In this document: piece after piece, positions 48,710-58,840 of the stretch
Layout: each line of letters begins with the position of its first letter
Position numbering within the stretch: position 1 is the first letter of the stretch
IMG/VR virus record: IMGVR_UViG_3300029976_000159
Location: 1 to 64,000 of that record
Reading direction: 5' to 3' (one strand)
Source of the DNA: a virus
Taxonomy: Duplodnaviria > Caudoviricetes
Length of the DNA stretch: 64,000 bases
Translations under genes and position numbers: made by a program
The notes under the pieces: model-generated
Databases searched by the model: none
Told to the model about the DNA's origin: nothing
The model's input: only the letters and a program-made list of their open reading frames with translations

Positions 48710-49181
48710 ATTTTGTATCTAACTGATTATGATATTTAATATTCACATCTTGGAATAATAAATCTCCTTCGTGATTGCCTTTTAAGCTATTATAAATATC
48801 GTGTTCCTCATTTAAATACATCCACTCATCAACAGTTATCTCATGCTCTGTCTTAAGCAAATCTCTACACTCTTGTTTAAATTGTTTACCCTAAATACTC
48901 AACATACCATTTTTTAGAGTTTCAATAGTAGTTGAAATTTGAGCTAACTAATTTATAATCTGTTTATCAGTATTATCAAGTTTTTTATGTTTTTTATTTA
49001 TAAGCTCCTGAACCTCATCCATTATCACATCTTTTTGCTTTTGGTACTCCTCTTCCTTTTCATTACTTTTTTCTTTTTTATAAAGATTATAAAAGTATTT
49101 AGCAAAGGCTGTAGCGCCAGTCGCAATGATGCCTAATAAAAATTCAAGCCAATACTCTGTTAGAAAAGCTAACAACTTCAT
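48708..49181 (-). CDS. Putative holin-like membrane protein (code 15)
   Basis: GGAGG RBS; N-terminal TM segment 'WLEFLLGIIATGATAFAKYFY', coiled coil, 'YNSLKGNHEGD' motif; two TAGs. Confidence 0.55.
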
Positions 49182-49241
49182 AACCTCCCCAAAACGCAAT
49201 TTCTTATTATTATTGCGTTTCAAGATTAATTATTTAAACAG

Positions 49242-49718
49242 TCATGACCAGTCGTGAACCTTCTAATTAACTTTATGTGCGCCGATACATATTGCGTCAC
49301 TCTCATCTTCAGAAACTTTTTTCTAATAAGTAGTATATACGTATTCCTAGGCTGCTTTCTTTTGCGCGGCTCGTGCGGTGCCTTTTATATTTAGGCTTGA
49401 GCGCCACTAAACAGCCAAAACCGTGCTATATTTTATTTCTAACTCTTCGAATGTTTCAACCAAAACCCCAAGTACTTCAGCTAAAGTTTTATACGTCTAT
49501 ACATTATTAACTTGCTTTTGGAGTTGTATATCTTCTATAATTACTTCATCAATTTTATATTTTTCAATCAAGGATAGTACTTGCTATTTAATTTTTAATA
49601 AACGCTAGCCTAAATCCTTATCGGTTATAGTAAATGTTCCGCTATCCAAAAGGTCTTTATCAGAGAAGACTGCCCAACCACTAGTGCGGCTTGCCTAATC
49701 TAAAGCTAATAAATTCAT
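49242..49718 (-). CDS. ruvC: RuvC-like Holliday junction resolvase (code 15; absent from ORF track)
   Basis: MNLLALD[Q]ASRTSGWAVF..VIIEDIQ..W..K..EDESDAICIG; eight in-frame TAGs. Confidence 0.85.
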
Positions 49719-50272
49719 TATTTATTTTGGCTTGTTGAGCCAAATCCTCCTGTGCGCTCTTTTGTAGTTGAATCATTTTCTACTGTATCGTAATGAAGAA
49801 TTATACCTTGACCAATCTTATCGCCTTTTTTAAGTTGAATATCGTAAGGTGAGAGATTGATAATTTGAAACATGATATGCCCGTTTGCGTCATAATAATC
49901 AGAATCAATGATGCCAACTCCATTCGCAAGAACAAGCCAAGATTTCAAAGGACAGGATGACCGCACGCTAAGTTGTAAGAACGTATCTCTATCAAGTTTA
50001 CACTTTATGCCTGTTGGAACAAGGGTGGGTTTTGCATCAACTAGTTTGGTTAAAGTTGTCATTTCATCAAAAGTGTAAGGTTCATTTTCTTTAAAATTAA
50101 CCTGCGCATACTTTTGCATATTGACCAGCTTATCATAACAACCCGGGTAGCCGGGGATTACAATATCCTCAGCTACCTCAAAATCATATCCTGCTGAATA
50201 TTTCGTGCTTCTAGTTGGAAGATTTATATTTTTATTTTTATATTCATCTAATACTTCAAAACACGCTGCCAT
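49718..50272 (-). CDS. dut: Trimeric dUTPase
   Basis: 'SAGYD', 'RSS', 'GIIDSDY', 'RTGGFGST' motifs. Confidence 0.95.
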   Translation of the reverse strand: MAACFEVLDEYKNKNINLPTRSTKYSAGYDFEVAEDIVIPGYPGCYDKLVNMQKYAQVNFKENEPYTFDEMTTLTKLVDAKPTLVPTGIKCKLDRDTFLQLSVRSSCPLKSWLVLANGVGIIDSDYYDANGHIMFQIINLSPYDIQLKKGDKIGQGIILHYDTVENDSTTKERTGGFGSTSQNK

Positions 50273-50525
50273 CGTAACTTCCTCCACCAGTATAAGTTAT
50301 TTCCACCTGGCGATCGGGTTCTTTTTCATTAGTAAAAATTTTTGTCAATGAAAGTTTGTAATACGCATCTACAACCTCACCCTTAACTTTTACTTCCTTT
50401 TGGGTACAATTGTACCTCTGCAATTCATACTGCTTATTTGTCTTTGCCTCTTCGAGTATTTGATTTACTTCGGGTTCGCTATCTACCCTATAGGTTTCTA
50501 CTGTACTAATTAAATATTTTGCCAT
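50256..50525 (-). CDS. Hypothetical protein
   Basis: 89-aa ORF in operon, GAGG RBS. Confidence 0.7.
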   Translation of the reverse strand: MAKYLISTVETYRVDSEPEVNQILEEAKTNKQYELQRYNCTQKEVKVKGEVVDAYYKLSLTKIFTNEKEPDRQVEITYTGGGSYDGSVF

Positions 50526-50528
50526 TTT

Positions 50529-50804
50529 TTACACCTCGTTTATCATTTTTATTGTAATTGGATTTGTTGAATATTTTGTAGCAATAGCTTGTTCCATTGG
50601 ATGAATTAAATATTCAGTAATAAAATCTACTGAACCAGAAAACAAAACTTCTGATACGTCATTTTTTACGCAATAATCTAAAGCTGTTGTTACAAAGTCC
50701 TCTTGGGTATATTTTCCAACTATATTAACTAATTGATTATCGTCATTTACTAAATAAACCGTTTGATGTGTATCAAAAGGTTCTATGTGACATAAAAGTT
50801 TCAT
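50529..50804 (-). CDS. Hypothetical protein
   Basis: 91-aa ORF in operon, GAGG RBS. Confidence 0.7.
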   Translation of the reverse strand: MKLLCHIEPFDTHQTVYLVNDDNQLVNIVGKYTQEDFVTTALDYCVKNDVSEVLFSGSVDFITEYLIHPMEQAIATKYSTNPITIKMINEV

Positions 50805-51391
50805 TTCTTGCCTCCTCTCCCAACGGTAACAATGCCACGATCATAAGGAAACAAATAACCAACCATTGCTTCATCTACGTCATTTCTATGTACCCAGATT
50901 TCAAAGCCATAATTATCTGTTGGATTAATACTATATATTTTGTCTGATATATCGGATAAGCACTCCATTACTGCGCTTCCTGTCGTTTCAAACATACCAA
51001 ATTTTTTGCTATCTATACGAAAAAGCGTATAGTATGTGATATCTTTAAATAACAGCATATAGTATTCGTTACGGCTCGCCCTAACTTGCCAGTTAATTTG
51101 TGCTCGCGCATGACGTATTTCACCTTCAGACATTGGTTTGCCGGTCTGAGTTATAGCGGATTTATTAATATCATACATAGAAACCCCAGTGTCAAATTCA
51201 TTATTTTCTGGTACTTTAATTTCATGACGTGCACCTTGGTCATCATAGAAATAAACACAGTTTTCTATGGTGCAATAGATTAAATCATTCTCTTGTGGTT
51301 TATAATCGGGGTTCTGCGCCATAAAATCATCAAATGTGTCATATGTTCCTTTATAACCAGTTATTTTTTTTAACTTTTCTTGTGATAACAT
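50801..51391 (-). CDS. Hypothetical protein
   Basis: 196-aa ORF with GAGGTG RBS and its own promoter. Confidence 0.7.
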   Translation of the reverse strand: MLSQEKLKKITGYKGTYDTFDDFMAQNPDYKPQENDLIYCTIENCVYFYDDQGARHEIKVPENNEFDTGVSMYDINKSAITQTGKPMSEGEIRHARAQINWQVRASRNEYYMLLFKDITYYTLFRIDSKKFGMFETTGSAVMECLSDISDKIYSINPTDNYGFEIWVHRNDVDEAMVGYLFPYDRGIVTVGRGGKK

Positions 51392-51412
51392 TTCTTCACC
51401 TCTTACATATAT

Positions 51413-51441
51413 ATAATATCATAAATTTTTAATATAAGCAA
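51413..51441 (-). promoter_or_regulatory. sigmaA-type promoter
   Basis: TTGCTT, 17 bp, TG-N-TATTAT. Confidence 0.6.
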
Positions 51442-51965
51442 ATTTTATTTTTTTTTATTGTTTTTTGTACGTCTATTACTCGCTGATTCGAGCTACCTCT
51501 CCATTTTAAGCCTGGGTCTTTTAATTCATCTATATATTGTCCGTCCACTAAAACATCACACGCTTTTAGAAAACGTCTTATTACTTCAAAACTGCGTTCA
51601 AAATTATAGTATTTATAATCATAATATAAATGCTTAACATCATTCCATTCAAAACCTGTATACACCCATACTTTTTTTTGAGGGTATAGTTTTTTAAACT
51701 CGTATACTATATCCGACACTTCTTGTATATTCGCTCTTGCTAAAGGCTCACCGCCCAAAACAGACAATCGTGTTATATACGGTTTATCGGCTAATTTAAG
51801 AAACATATTTTGAATATCCTGTGTCCACTCCTTGCCACCGTTAAAATCCCATGCTTCGGGATTAAAACAATTTTTACAATGAAAATAGCAGCCTTGAACG
51901 AAGAGGGATATTCCTATCCCTTCTCCATTCGATATGTCCATCTTTCGTATACTCGCGTATCTCAT
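51429..51965 (-). CDS. nrdG: Anaerobic ribonucleotide reductase activating protein (radical SAM)
   Basis: 'GCYFHCKNCFN', 'LGGEPL', 'RGSSNQR'. Confidence 0.95.
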   Translation of the reverse strand: MRYASIRKMDISNGEGIGISLFVQGCYFHCKNCFNPEAWDFNGGKEWTQDIQNMFLKLADKPYITRLSVLGGEPLARANIQEVSDIVYEFKKLYPQKKVWVYTGFEWNDVKHLYYDYKYYNFERSFEVIRRFLKACDVLVDGQYIDELKDPGLKWRGSSNQRVIDVQKTIKKNKICLY

Positions 51966-54235
51966 TACACAATAGCCTCCATATCGGTTATTACTGTATC
52001 ATCTAAATGATACACTCTGTCATGAATATCTCCATATCTACCTTGGTTACTGCCGTTTTTGGCTGTGCCTATATATCCGCAGACGCGAAATGCTATATCT
52101 AGAGTGGAAGTATCTTCATTTCCACATTTCGGACATCTCCATTTTAAATAATTGTTTTCATCAATTAATGGAATATCACCTGAAAAACCGCACTTTGCAC
52201 AATAACAACTCTTCGTATTAATTTCTGCGTACATGATATGATTATATATATATTTAATAACTTCTAATATAGCGGGAATATTACTGGTTAAGGTAGGAGT
52301 TTCTATATAGCTTATTGCGCCGCCAGGACTAAGTCGCTGAAACTTTGCTTCGATGCGCAATTTATTGAACGCATCTATTGGTTCAAATACCGGGATATGG
52401 TAACTATTAGTTAGGTAGTTTCTGTCATGTCCGTCAAGTTCAATAAATATATCTGTTCCGAATCGTTTCTTGAGGCATTTTGCTAGCTTAAAGGTTGTTG
52501 CCTCCATAGGAGAACCGTATAAGGAGTAGTCAATGTTTTCTTCCGCTTTCCACTGACTACACTTATCGTTTAAAGCCTGCATTACTTTTAATCCGAAAGC
52601 TTCACCTATATTTTCATCACTATGACTATGTCCTGTCATATACTTTACACATTCATACAATCCGCAATAACCTAAAGATATAGTGCTGTATCCATTATAC
52701 AATAATTTATCTATTGGTTCATGTTGCTTAAGTCTTGCTAAAGCTCCGTGTTGCCAAAGAATAGGAGCAACGTCAGAGCTTGTTCCCTTTAGTCTTTCAT
52801 GTCTAAGTCTAAGGGCTTTATGACAAAGCTCCGTTCTTTCTTCAAATAATTCCCAAAATTTGTCTATATCTCTTTCAGATGAAAAAGCTATATCAGGAAG
52901 ATTAATAGTTACTACACCTTGATTCCAACGACCATAATATTTATGTTTTCCCGGAGTGTAGTTTTTCGCATTCGCTATATTACCGAACTTGTCTGAAAAA
53001 CGATCTACTGTAAGCGCTGAACGACATCCCATTACCGGGTAAACGTCACCGCTTTTTAATTCTTTCATTATTTTTTCTGACATATAATCGGGCACAAGAC
53101 GTTTAGAAGAACATTCGGCAGCTAATTGAGTTAAATACCAATATGGAGTATCCTCACTTGAATTATCATCTTCCAATACGTATAAAAGTTTTGGAAAAGA
53201 GGGAGCAATAAATACTCCTTGCTCATTTTTTACACCTTGAATGCGCTGGCGCAATACCTCTTCGATTATAAGCGCAAGATCTTGTTTCTCTACCTCTGTT
53301 TGCGCTTCATTGAGATACATAAATACACTCAAAAAAGGTGCTTGTCCGTTCGTAGTCATTAAAGTTGTAATTTGATATTGAATAGTCTGTACTCCTCGGT
53401 TAATTTCACGTAATAAACGACTATTCACGATTTCTAAATACTTTTCTTGATAAACATCCTCATTACGCCAATTTTCCGTTAATATTTTATCTAATTCATT
53501 TGCTACCTCTGCTTTAATTTTTTGTCTACTAACATCAACAAACGGCGCTAAATGCGTCAAGGAAATGCTTTGTCCACCATACTGCGAGCTTGCCACTTGT
53601 GCTATTATCTATGTGGCTACATTGCACGCTGTAGAAAAGCTATGCGGTTTCTCAATTAATACGTTACTAATTACCGTTCCATTTTGTAACATATCCTCTA
53701 AATTAATAAGATCGCAGTTGTGCATATGCTGTACAATATAATCCATGTCATGTACATGAAGAATACCCTCATCATGAGCTTGCACAATCTCAGGCGGCAA
53801 AAGATAACGTCTAGATGCGTCTGTACTTACGATTCCCGCCATATAATCCCGTTTAGTGGTATTAAGTATTGGATTTTTATTTGCGTTTTCAGTTTTCCAG
53901 TATTCATTAACATCATCCAAGAGAGAACGAATGTCATCATCAATTGTATTTACCGATTCTCTTTGAAATTCTCTAATGCTTCTATAACCCTCGTAAGCTT
54001 TGGCTGTTAATTTTTGCTTTTTCGAGATTAATTTATTATAAACCAAAGTTTCGATGTCTGATATTTTTAATTCTTTCTTATCTTCGTTCTCTTGTTCTAT
54101 TTCGTTAGCTATGCTTTCTGCAATTTTAGGCTTTATTATGCCGCTGCCGTTTTTCATAGCTTTTAAAATAGCAGAAGAAATTTTAGTTTTGTCAAAGTCA
54201 ACTCTATTACCATTTCGTTTAATAACAGTAATCAA
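51965..54235 (-). CDS. nrdD: Anaerobic (class III) ribonucleoside-triphosphate reductase with ATP cone; single TAG at 53609-53611
   Basis: The two track ORFs join as 'TACNVAT[Q]IIAQVASSQYGGQ'; also 'MGCRS', CxxC..CxxC and 'RVCGY'. Confidence 0.95.
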
Positions 54236-54310
54236 TATAATCTCTCCTTTATAAAATAAATATTTCGGGAGAAGTGTAAGCTTCTCCCCTGTATTCTAGT
54301 AAAATAAAAG

Positions 54311-54880
54311 TTATAAATTATTCAATTTTGCCCAAGAAAGTATTAAACCGGCATTAGAAATTAAATCTAATACAGTTGCATTGTTTTTTCTTACAAGTTG
54401 TAATTGACCATCTATTTCTGCAAAATCCTCTTCATCCGCGTTAAAGCGTCTAACTATCTCGCTCGCGTCGGGCGCAACCTCTCGGTCAAGTTGGCGTCGC
54501 AAACGTTCTTCGTCGGGTACCTCCAAGAGCAGAATGTCTAGAATCCGCACGTCTTGATAACTTATTAATTTCTTTAAAGCTAGCGGGTTTGCAATAACAA
54601 TATTAACTTTATTCTCTGCTAATTGTGCTTTTGGAATACCATAACACCAATTTTTAAAATGTGAAACTGCAATTGTTTCCGTCTTATTAAATTGTTCTTC
54701 AGTCATGAAAAGATAATCAGACTCTATTTTATTACCAGCTCTCGGCGGACGGGTAGTTGCCATCTTAACTATATTAATATATTCATTATTAAATAAATTA
54801 GCGCTTAATAAATCAACCGTCTTGAAGAGCAAGTCTTTTCCAGACCCGCTCTTACCCATGATTAAAATCATATTATACAT
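54311..54880 (-). CDS. gmk: Guanylate kinase-like protein
   Basis: 'GKSGSGKD', 'TTRPPR', 'WCYG'. Confidence 0.85.
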   Translation of the reverse strand: MYNMILIMGKSGSGKDLLFKTVDLLSANLFNNEYINIVKMATTRPPRAGNKIESDYLFMTEEQFNKTETIAVSHFKNWCYGIPKAQLAENKVNIVIANPLALKKLISYQDVRILDILLLEVPDEERLRRQLDREVAPDASEIVRRFNADEEDFAEIDGQLQLVRKNNATVLDLISNAGLILSWAKLNNL

Positions 54881-54883
54881 AGT

Positions 54884-57800
54884 TTACGCCCTTTCATCTT
54901 GTAGAATTATATCCCCATTATCTAGAACTTCTTCTATTTTATATAGAGTATGACATGGAGTCGAATTATATTTTTTAGCCATAAAATTATTTCCGCGCCT
55001 TATACCTTGAATAATTAATTTACTCCCCCTGTTAAACCAAGATTTTTCAGTAATTTTTTTTGAACCATCTGCTTGAATCTCTGATATTTGTTTATCAAAT
55101 AGTGCAAAATATTCTTTTCTAAATTTAACGTTTACTACTCCTTCAGTAGTTAATAAAGATATATTTGCTTTATTTTTATCTTTAGCTATACAAGTCCCGC
55201 AAATCTTATAAATTTTATATAAGATAATTGTTGAATCTCCTCGCTTATAAGTCTTTTCTACTTTTGGCTCTTCGCCTATTGTTTCAAAATTTGTAATTCC
55301 GTATTTTTCTTTATTTACAAGTGCAAGTTCATGCTCATGATAATAGAAACATAATGCTTCCATTTCCCAAGCTGAAATGGTTCCTTTTGCGTTTTTATTC
55401 CAAGCTTCTAAAAAGATTTTTGTATTTAGTTTATTTAAAATTTCTTGTTGATTGTCCTTCATCCAATCTCTAAAGACATCCATGTAACTTTGATAAACTT
55501 TATCCCAGCTTTTTTTATTTAATATAGTACCGTCAATTATATCATCCCAACCAATAGCACAAAGAAAATTAAGCGCACGCTCATCTAAATAATAATTACT
55601 TGTGTCGTTTTCTTGTTTACAACGGTCTTTTAAATAACGGTTAAACTCAAAAACTTTTTTAGCACTTACAAAATCATCACCTGTTGGAATTAATTGCTTT
55701 TTAATCAAAGTTGATAAATTTTGTAGATTTATCTTTTGTTTGCGGTCGCACGTATTCCATATATACCAAGCCATTGCGAATTTACGATTTGGTTCTAATG
55801 AATCGAACGCACCGCCTTTGATTAAAGATATCGCTGGCTGTTTATTAATTTTATTTCTATTAAAAAAATCTTTTATAGAAACATAAGGGCGATTTCGTAT
55901 AATCTGTTCTATTATATCTTCTCCAACATTCACTAATCCTTTTAATCCATAAATAATTTCATTATGTTTTCTATCTAATGAAAAAGAACTTTCAGCTCTG
56001 TTAATATCGGGAAGAAGAACAGCAGTTCCCATTTTTCTTGTATTGCCAATCGCTCGAGCCATCTTTTTGTAATCGGTTGCGTCTTCCGGATTAATACTAC
56101 CACTGTCACTAATCAAACAGGCACAATTCCAATAAATAATTGGAAATCTATAAGCGAGATTCATTTCTTGTAGACCGATGAGCGAGTATCCTAGTGTATG
56201 TGCACGATTGAATGCGTATCCACGCTGAATTGCGAAAGCTACGTTCCACACATATCGAGCCAGATTCTCTGAACAATGTTTTTCTTTGACGCGCTCAAAG
56301 AACATTCGCTCGCAATCTTCGAATAATTTACCTTGTTTTTTTGCTATAGCTTTTCTTGTCATGTCTGCAAAGTCCAAGCTATTTCCACCAAGACGCTTCT
56401 CTTGTACTAACTGCATCATTCCCTCTTGGGATTCACATATCCCATCTGTGAAGGCGGGATGTTTACTCAACCATTCTATTTCTTCATAATTTAACCCCCA
56501 CTGGTTCATTTCTCGATACCAAGCTTTAATGTTTTTTCTATATCTCGCCCATTTCTCAAGAGGTTGCTCAGCTCCTTTTTCAGGTGCCATAAGGCGAATA
56601 ACCGAATTAAGAACAGCAAGTTCATCAACACTTTTTGGCTTGATGAGTGCTATACCTTTGATGCCACTTTCTTGCTCCATTTGAAAAAGAGAATATATCT
56701 CGTGCCGATGTAACATTTCCCACATCTTAGGATTATCGCGCTCTAAATTATAAATACCTATATACTTTTCATACGTGTTTTTAATGTTACCTTGATCTTC
56801 TATTATTCCATCTTTTAGTAACAAACTTAAACACGTTTGTATTTTATCAATTGCTTCAATGGATAACAAATCATATTTTATAAGACTTGTTTTTTCAGCA
56901 GCGTGTAACTCATATCCAGTTACTAAGGTTCCTTCCGGGGTGCGCATTAGAGAAACTGACTCGTCAAAATCTTCATCTACGAAAATAATACCACCCGCAT
57001 GACTACCCAAACGACAAATAAGATTTTCGATTTTTTGCGCCGTTTTCCACAATTTAGGATTTTCATTCATTTCTTGAACAAATGCTTTTACTGGAAGAAA
57101 CCCCTTGTTTTCATCTCCGTAATAACATTGTTTTAATGTTCTTACGTGACCTCTATCCGAGGGGATTAATGAGGATACATACTGTGAATAATCTACATCT
57201 AGTCCTAACCCTCTCGCGGCGGTTATTAGCGCACTTTTTGTACTCTCCGTACCAAAGGTTGCTACACCAGCCATGCGCTCCTCTGTATAGCGTTCGCGCA
57301 AATACTCTAAAATACTTTCACGCTTTGCTCCACTAATGTCTATATCAACATCGACTACAGTAACTCTTGATGGATTCAAGAATCTCCAATAGTACAATTG
57401 AGTGTTTTCACGCAAACGATTAATTTGAATTATTCCTAAAACATACAACAAAACAAACCCACCGCCAGAACCTCTAGCAGCTCCCACTATATTTCCCGAT
57501 TCCCAAATATAGTCTATAATTTGTTGTAAGTTTAAAAAATAAGCTGACCAATGCGCATTATTTTTAACTGAAGAGCGCCAAGTAACATCCAAACACTCTT
57601 CTACCGCTTCGTACATTTTTTGGTTTAATAAATCACCATTTTTATTTTCTATCATTCTATCTATTATTTCCAGAGCTAATGTTTTATCTCCTTGATAATC
57701 TGAATAATAAAAAGTTTGAAGTGATGGAATGCGCGTAAACCAATCATCTAACTCTATCGTGTTACGTTCTGTTGGATTGTGCCATTTGAGTTCTGGAATG

Positions 57801-58711
57801 CGCAACGGCTTTTTTAAACTATAATCCTCGCATTGACTTTTTATTTTTAATATCGCTTCATTAGCTATTGTTATTACATCTTCGTTATAATGCGCAAAGT
57901 ATTCTCTTATCTCTTTATCAGACATCATATAGGTTGTCGCATAAAATGCTTCAACTTCTCGTTCTCCGTTTTGAGATTTAAGATAAATACTATGCGCCTC
58001 TGCATCTTCTTTAGTTAAATAATGAGAATCTGTGCTTACTACATAAGGAATATTTAATGCGTGAGATAAGTTAATTAATTTATGATTGACTATATCTTGT
58101 TCATTATCTCTCTTGGCGGGCGGTTGTAACTCTAAATAGAAGTTATCTTTGCCAAAAATTGATTGTATATAATGTATCCAATTAATTATTTTCTCTCTTG
58201 GATACTTTTCATCTAAAAGTTTAGTATCTAAAAATCCACCCAAACAAGCATTCAATGCAATAAGATGACCAGAATCTTTTTGAACAATCTCTTCTAAATC
58301 TCGATAATAAGTTGGGACTCTTCTCATTTTATTTTTCATCCAACTTCTTTTCCAAGCTCTTGTAGATAATTGTCGCAGCTGTTTGTGACCTACAGCGTCT
58401 TTAGCCAAGAGAATAAAGTGATAATACTTATCTTCTGTCGGATCAAAATTATCTGATGTTAAATCATTTCTACATAGATAAATTTCATTGCCTAATATTA
58501 ATTTAAAATTTGGGTGAGTTTTCCTTATTTCTTCGTAATGTTCAGAAATATTCATATGACCACTTAAACACTCGTGATCTGTTATAGCGACTACTTCGTG
58601 TCCCAATTCAATGCTATAATCTATTAAATCATTTAAATGAATAATGCAATCTCTTAAACGAATATTTGAATATTCAGAGTGGTTATGCAATGAACCAGCA
58701 TAATGTTGCAT
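54884..58711 (-). CDS. dnaE: DNA polymerase III alpha subunit (family C)
   Basis: PHP domain 'HNHSEYS..ITDHE', 'RGSGGG', 'DVDID', 'HAGG', 'KYDLL', 'YAFNRAH'; 1275 aa with no TAG. Confidence 0.95.
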   Translation of the reverse strand: MQHYAGSLHNHSEYSNIRLRDCIIHLNDLIDYSIELGHEVVAITDHECLSGHMNISEHYEEIRKTHPNFKLILGNEIYLCRNDLTSDNFDPTEDKYYHFILLAKDAVGHKQLRQLSTRAWKRSWMKNKMRRVPTYYRDLEEIVQKDSGHLIALNACLGGFLDTKLLDEKYPREKIINWIHYIQSIFGKDNFYLELQPPAKRDNEQDIVNHKLINLSHALNIPYVVSTDSHYLTKEDAEAHSIYLKSQNGEREVEAFYATTYMMSDKEIREYFAHYNEDVITIANEAILKIKSQCEDYSLKKPLRIPELKWHNPTERNTIELDDWFTRIPSLQTFYYSDYQGDKTLALEIIDRMIENKNGDLLNQKMYEAVEECLDVTWRSSVKNNAHWSAYFLNLQQIIDYIWESGNIVGAARGSGGGFVLLYVLGIIQINRLRENTQLYYWRFLNPSRVTVVDVDIDISGAKRESILEYLRERYTEERMAGVATFGTESTKSALITAARGLGLDVDYSQYVSSLIPSDRGHVRTLKQCYYGDENKGFLPVKAFVQEMNENPKLWKTAQKIENLICRLGSHAGGIIFVDEDFDESVSLMRTPEGTLVTGYELHAAEKTSLIKYDLLSIEAIDKIQTCLSLLLKDGIIEDQGNIKNTYEKYIGIYNLERDNPKMWEMLHRHEIYSLFQMEQESGIKGIALIKPKSVDELAVLNSVIRLMAPEKGAEQPLEKWARYRKNIKAWYREMNQWGLNYEEIEWLSKHPAFTDGICESQEGMMQLVQEKRLGGNSLDFADMTRKAIAKKQGKLFEDCERMFFERVKEKHCSENLARYVWNVAFAIQRGYAFNRAHTLGYSLIGLQEMNLAYRFPIIYWNCACLISDSGSINPEDATDYKKMARAIGNTRKMGTAVLLPDINRAESSFSLDRKHNEIIYGLKGLVNVGEDIIEQIIRNRPYVSIKDFFNRNKINKQPAISLIKGGAFDSLEPNRKFAMAWYIWNTCDRKQKINLQNLSTLIKKQLIPTGDDFVSAKKVFEFNRYLKDRCKQENDTSNYYLDERALNFLCAIGWDDIIDGTILNKKSWDKVYQSYMDVFRDWMKDNQQEILNKLNTKIFLEAWNKNAKGTISAWEMEALCFYYHEHELALVNKEKYGITNFETIGEEPKVEKTYKRGDSTIILYKIYKICGTCIAKDKNKANISLLTTEGVVNVKFRKEYFALFDKQISEIQADGSKKITEKSWFNRGSKLIIQGIRRGNNFMAKKYNSTPCHTLYKIEEVLDNGDIILQDERA

Positions 58712-58743
58712 CTAAGTCGCCTCCTATTTTTATTTTCATATAT

Positions 58744-58772
58744 ATAATACCATATTTATTTAAATTATTCAA
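58744..58772 (-). promoter_or_regulatory. sigmaA-type promoter for dnaE
   Basis: TTGAAT, 17 bp, TG-N-TATTAT. Confidence 0.6.
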
Positions 58773-58840
58773 CTATAATTTTTATAAGGAAAATCTCGTC
58801 ACAATCAACAAGTATTGTTCTGCTTTCAATATACCCTAAA

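Noticed and set aside
54267-54291. Riboswitch or NrdR box upstream of nrdD
   Set aside because: Only a short hairpin (GGGAGAAG/CTTCTCCC) is visible; the region is too short for a known riboswitch and has no convincing NrdR consensus.
54884-58711. Intein or intron in dnaE
   Set aside because: The ORF is continuous, with no C/S...HN intein ends or LAGLIDADG motifs seen, and the length fits DnaE.
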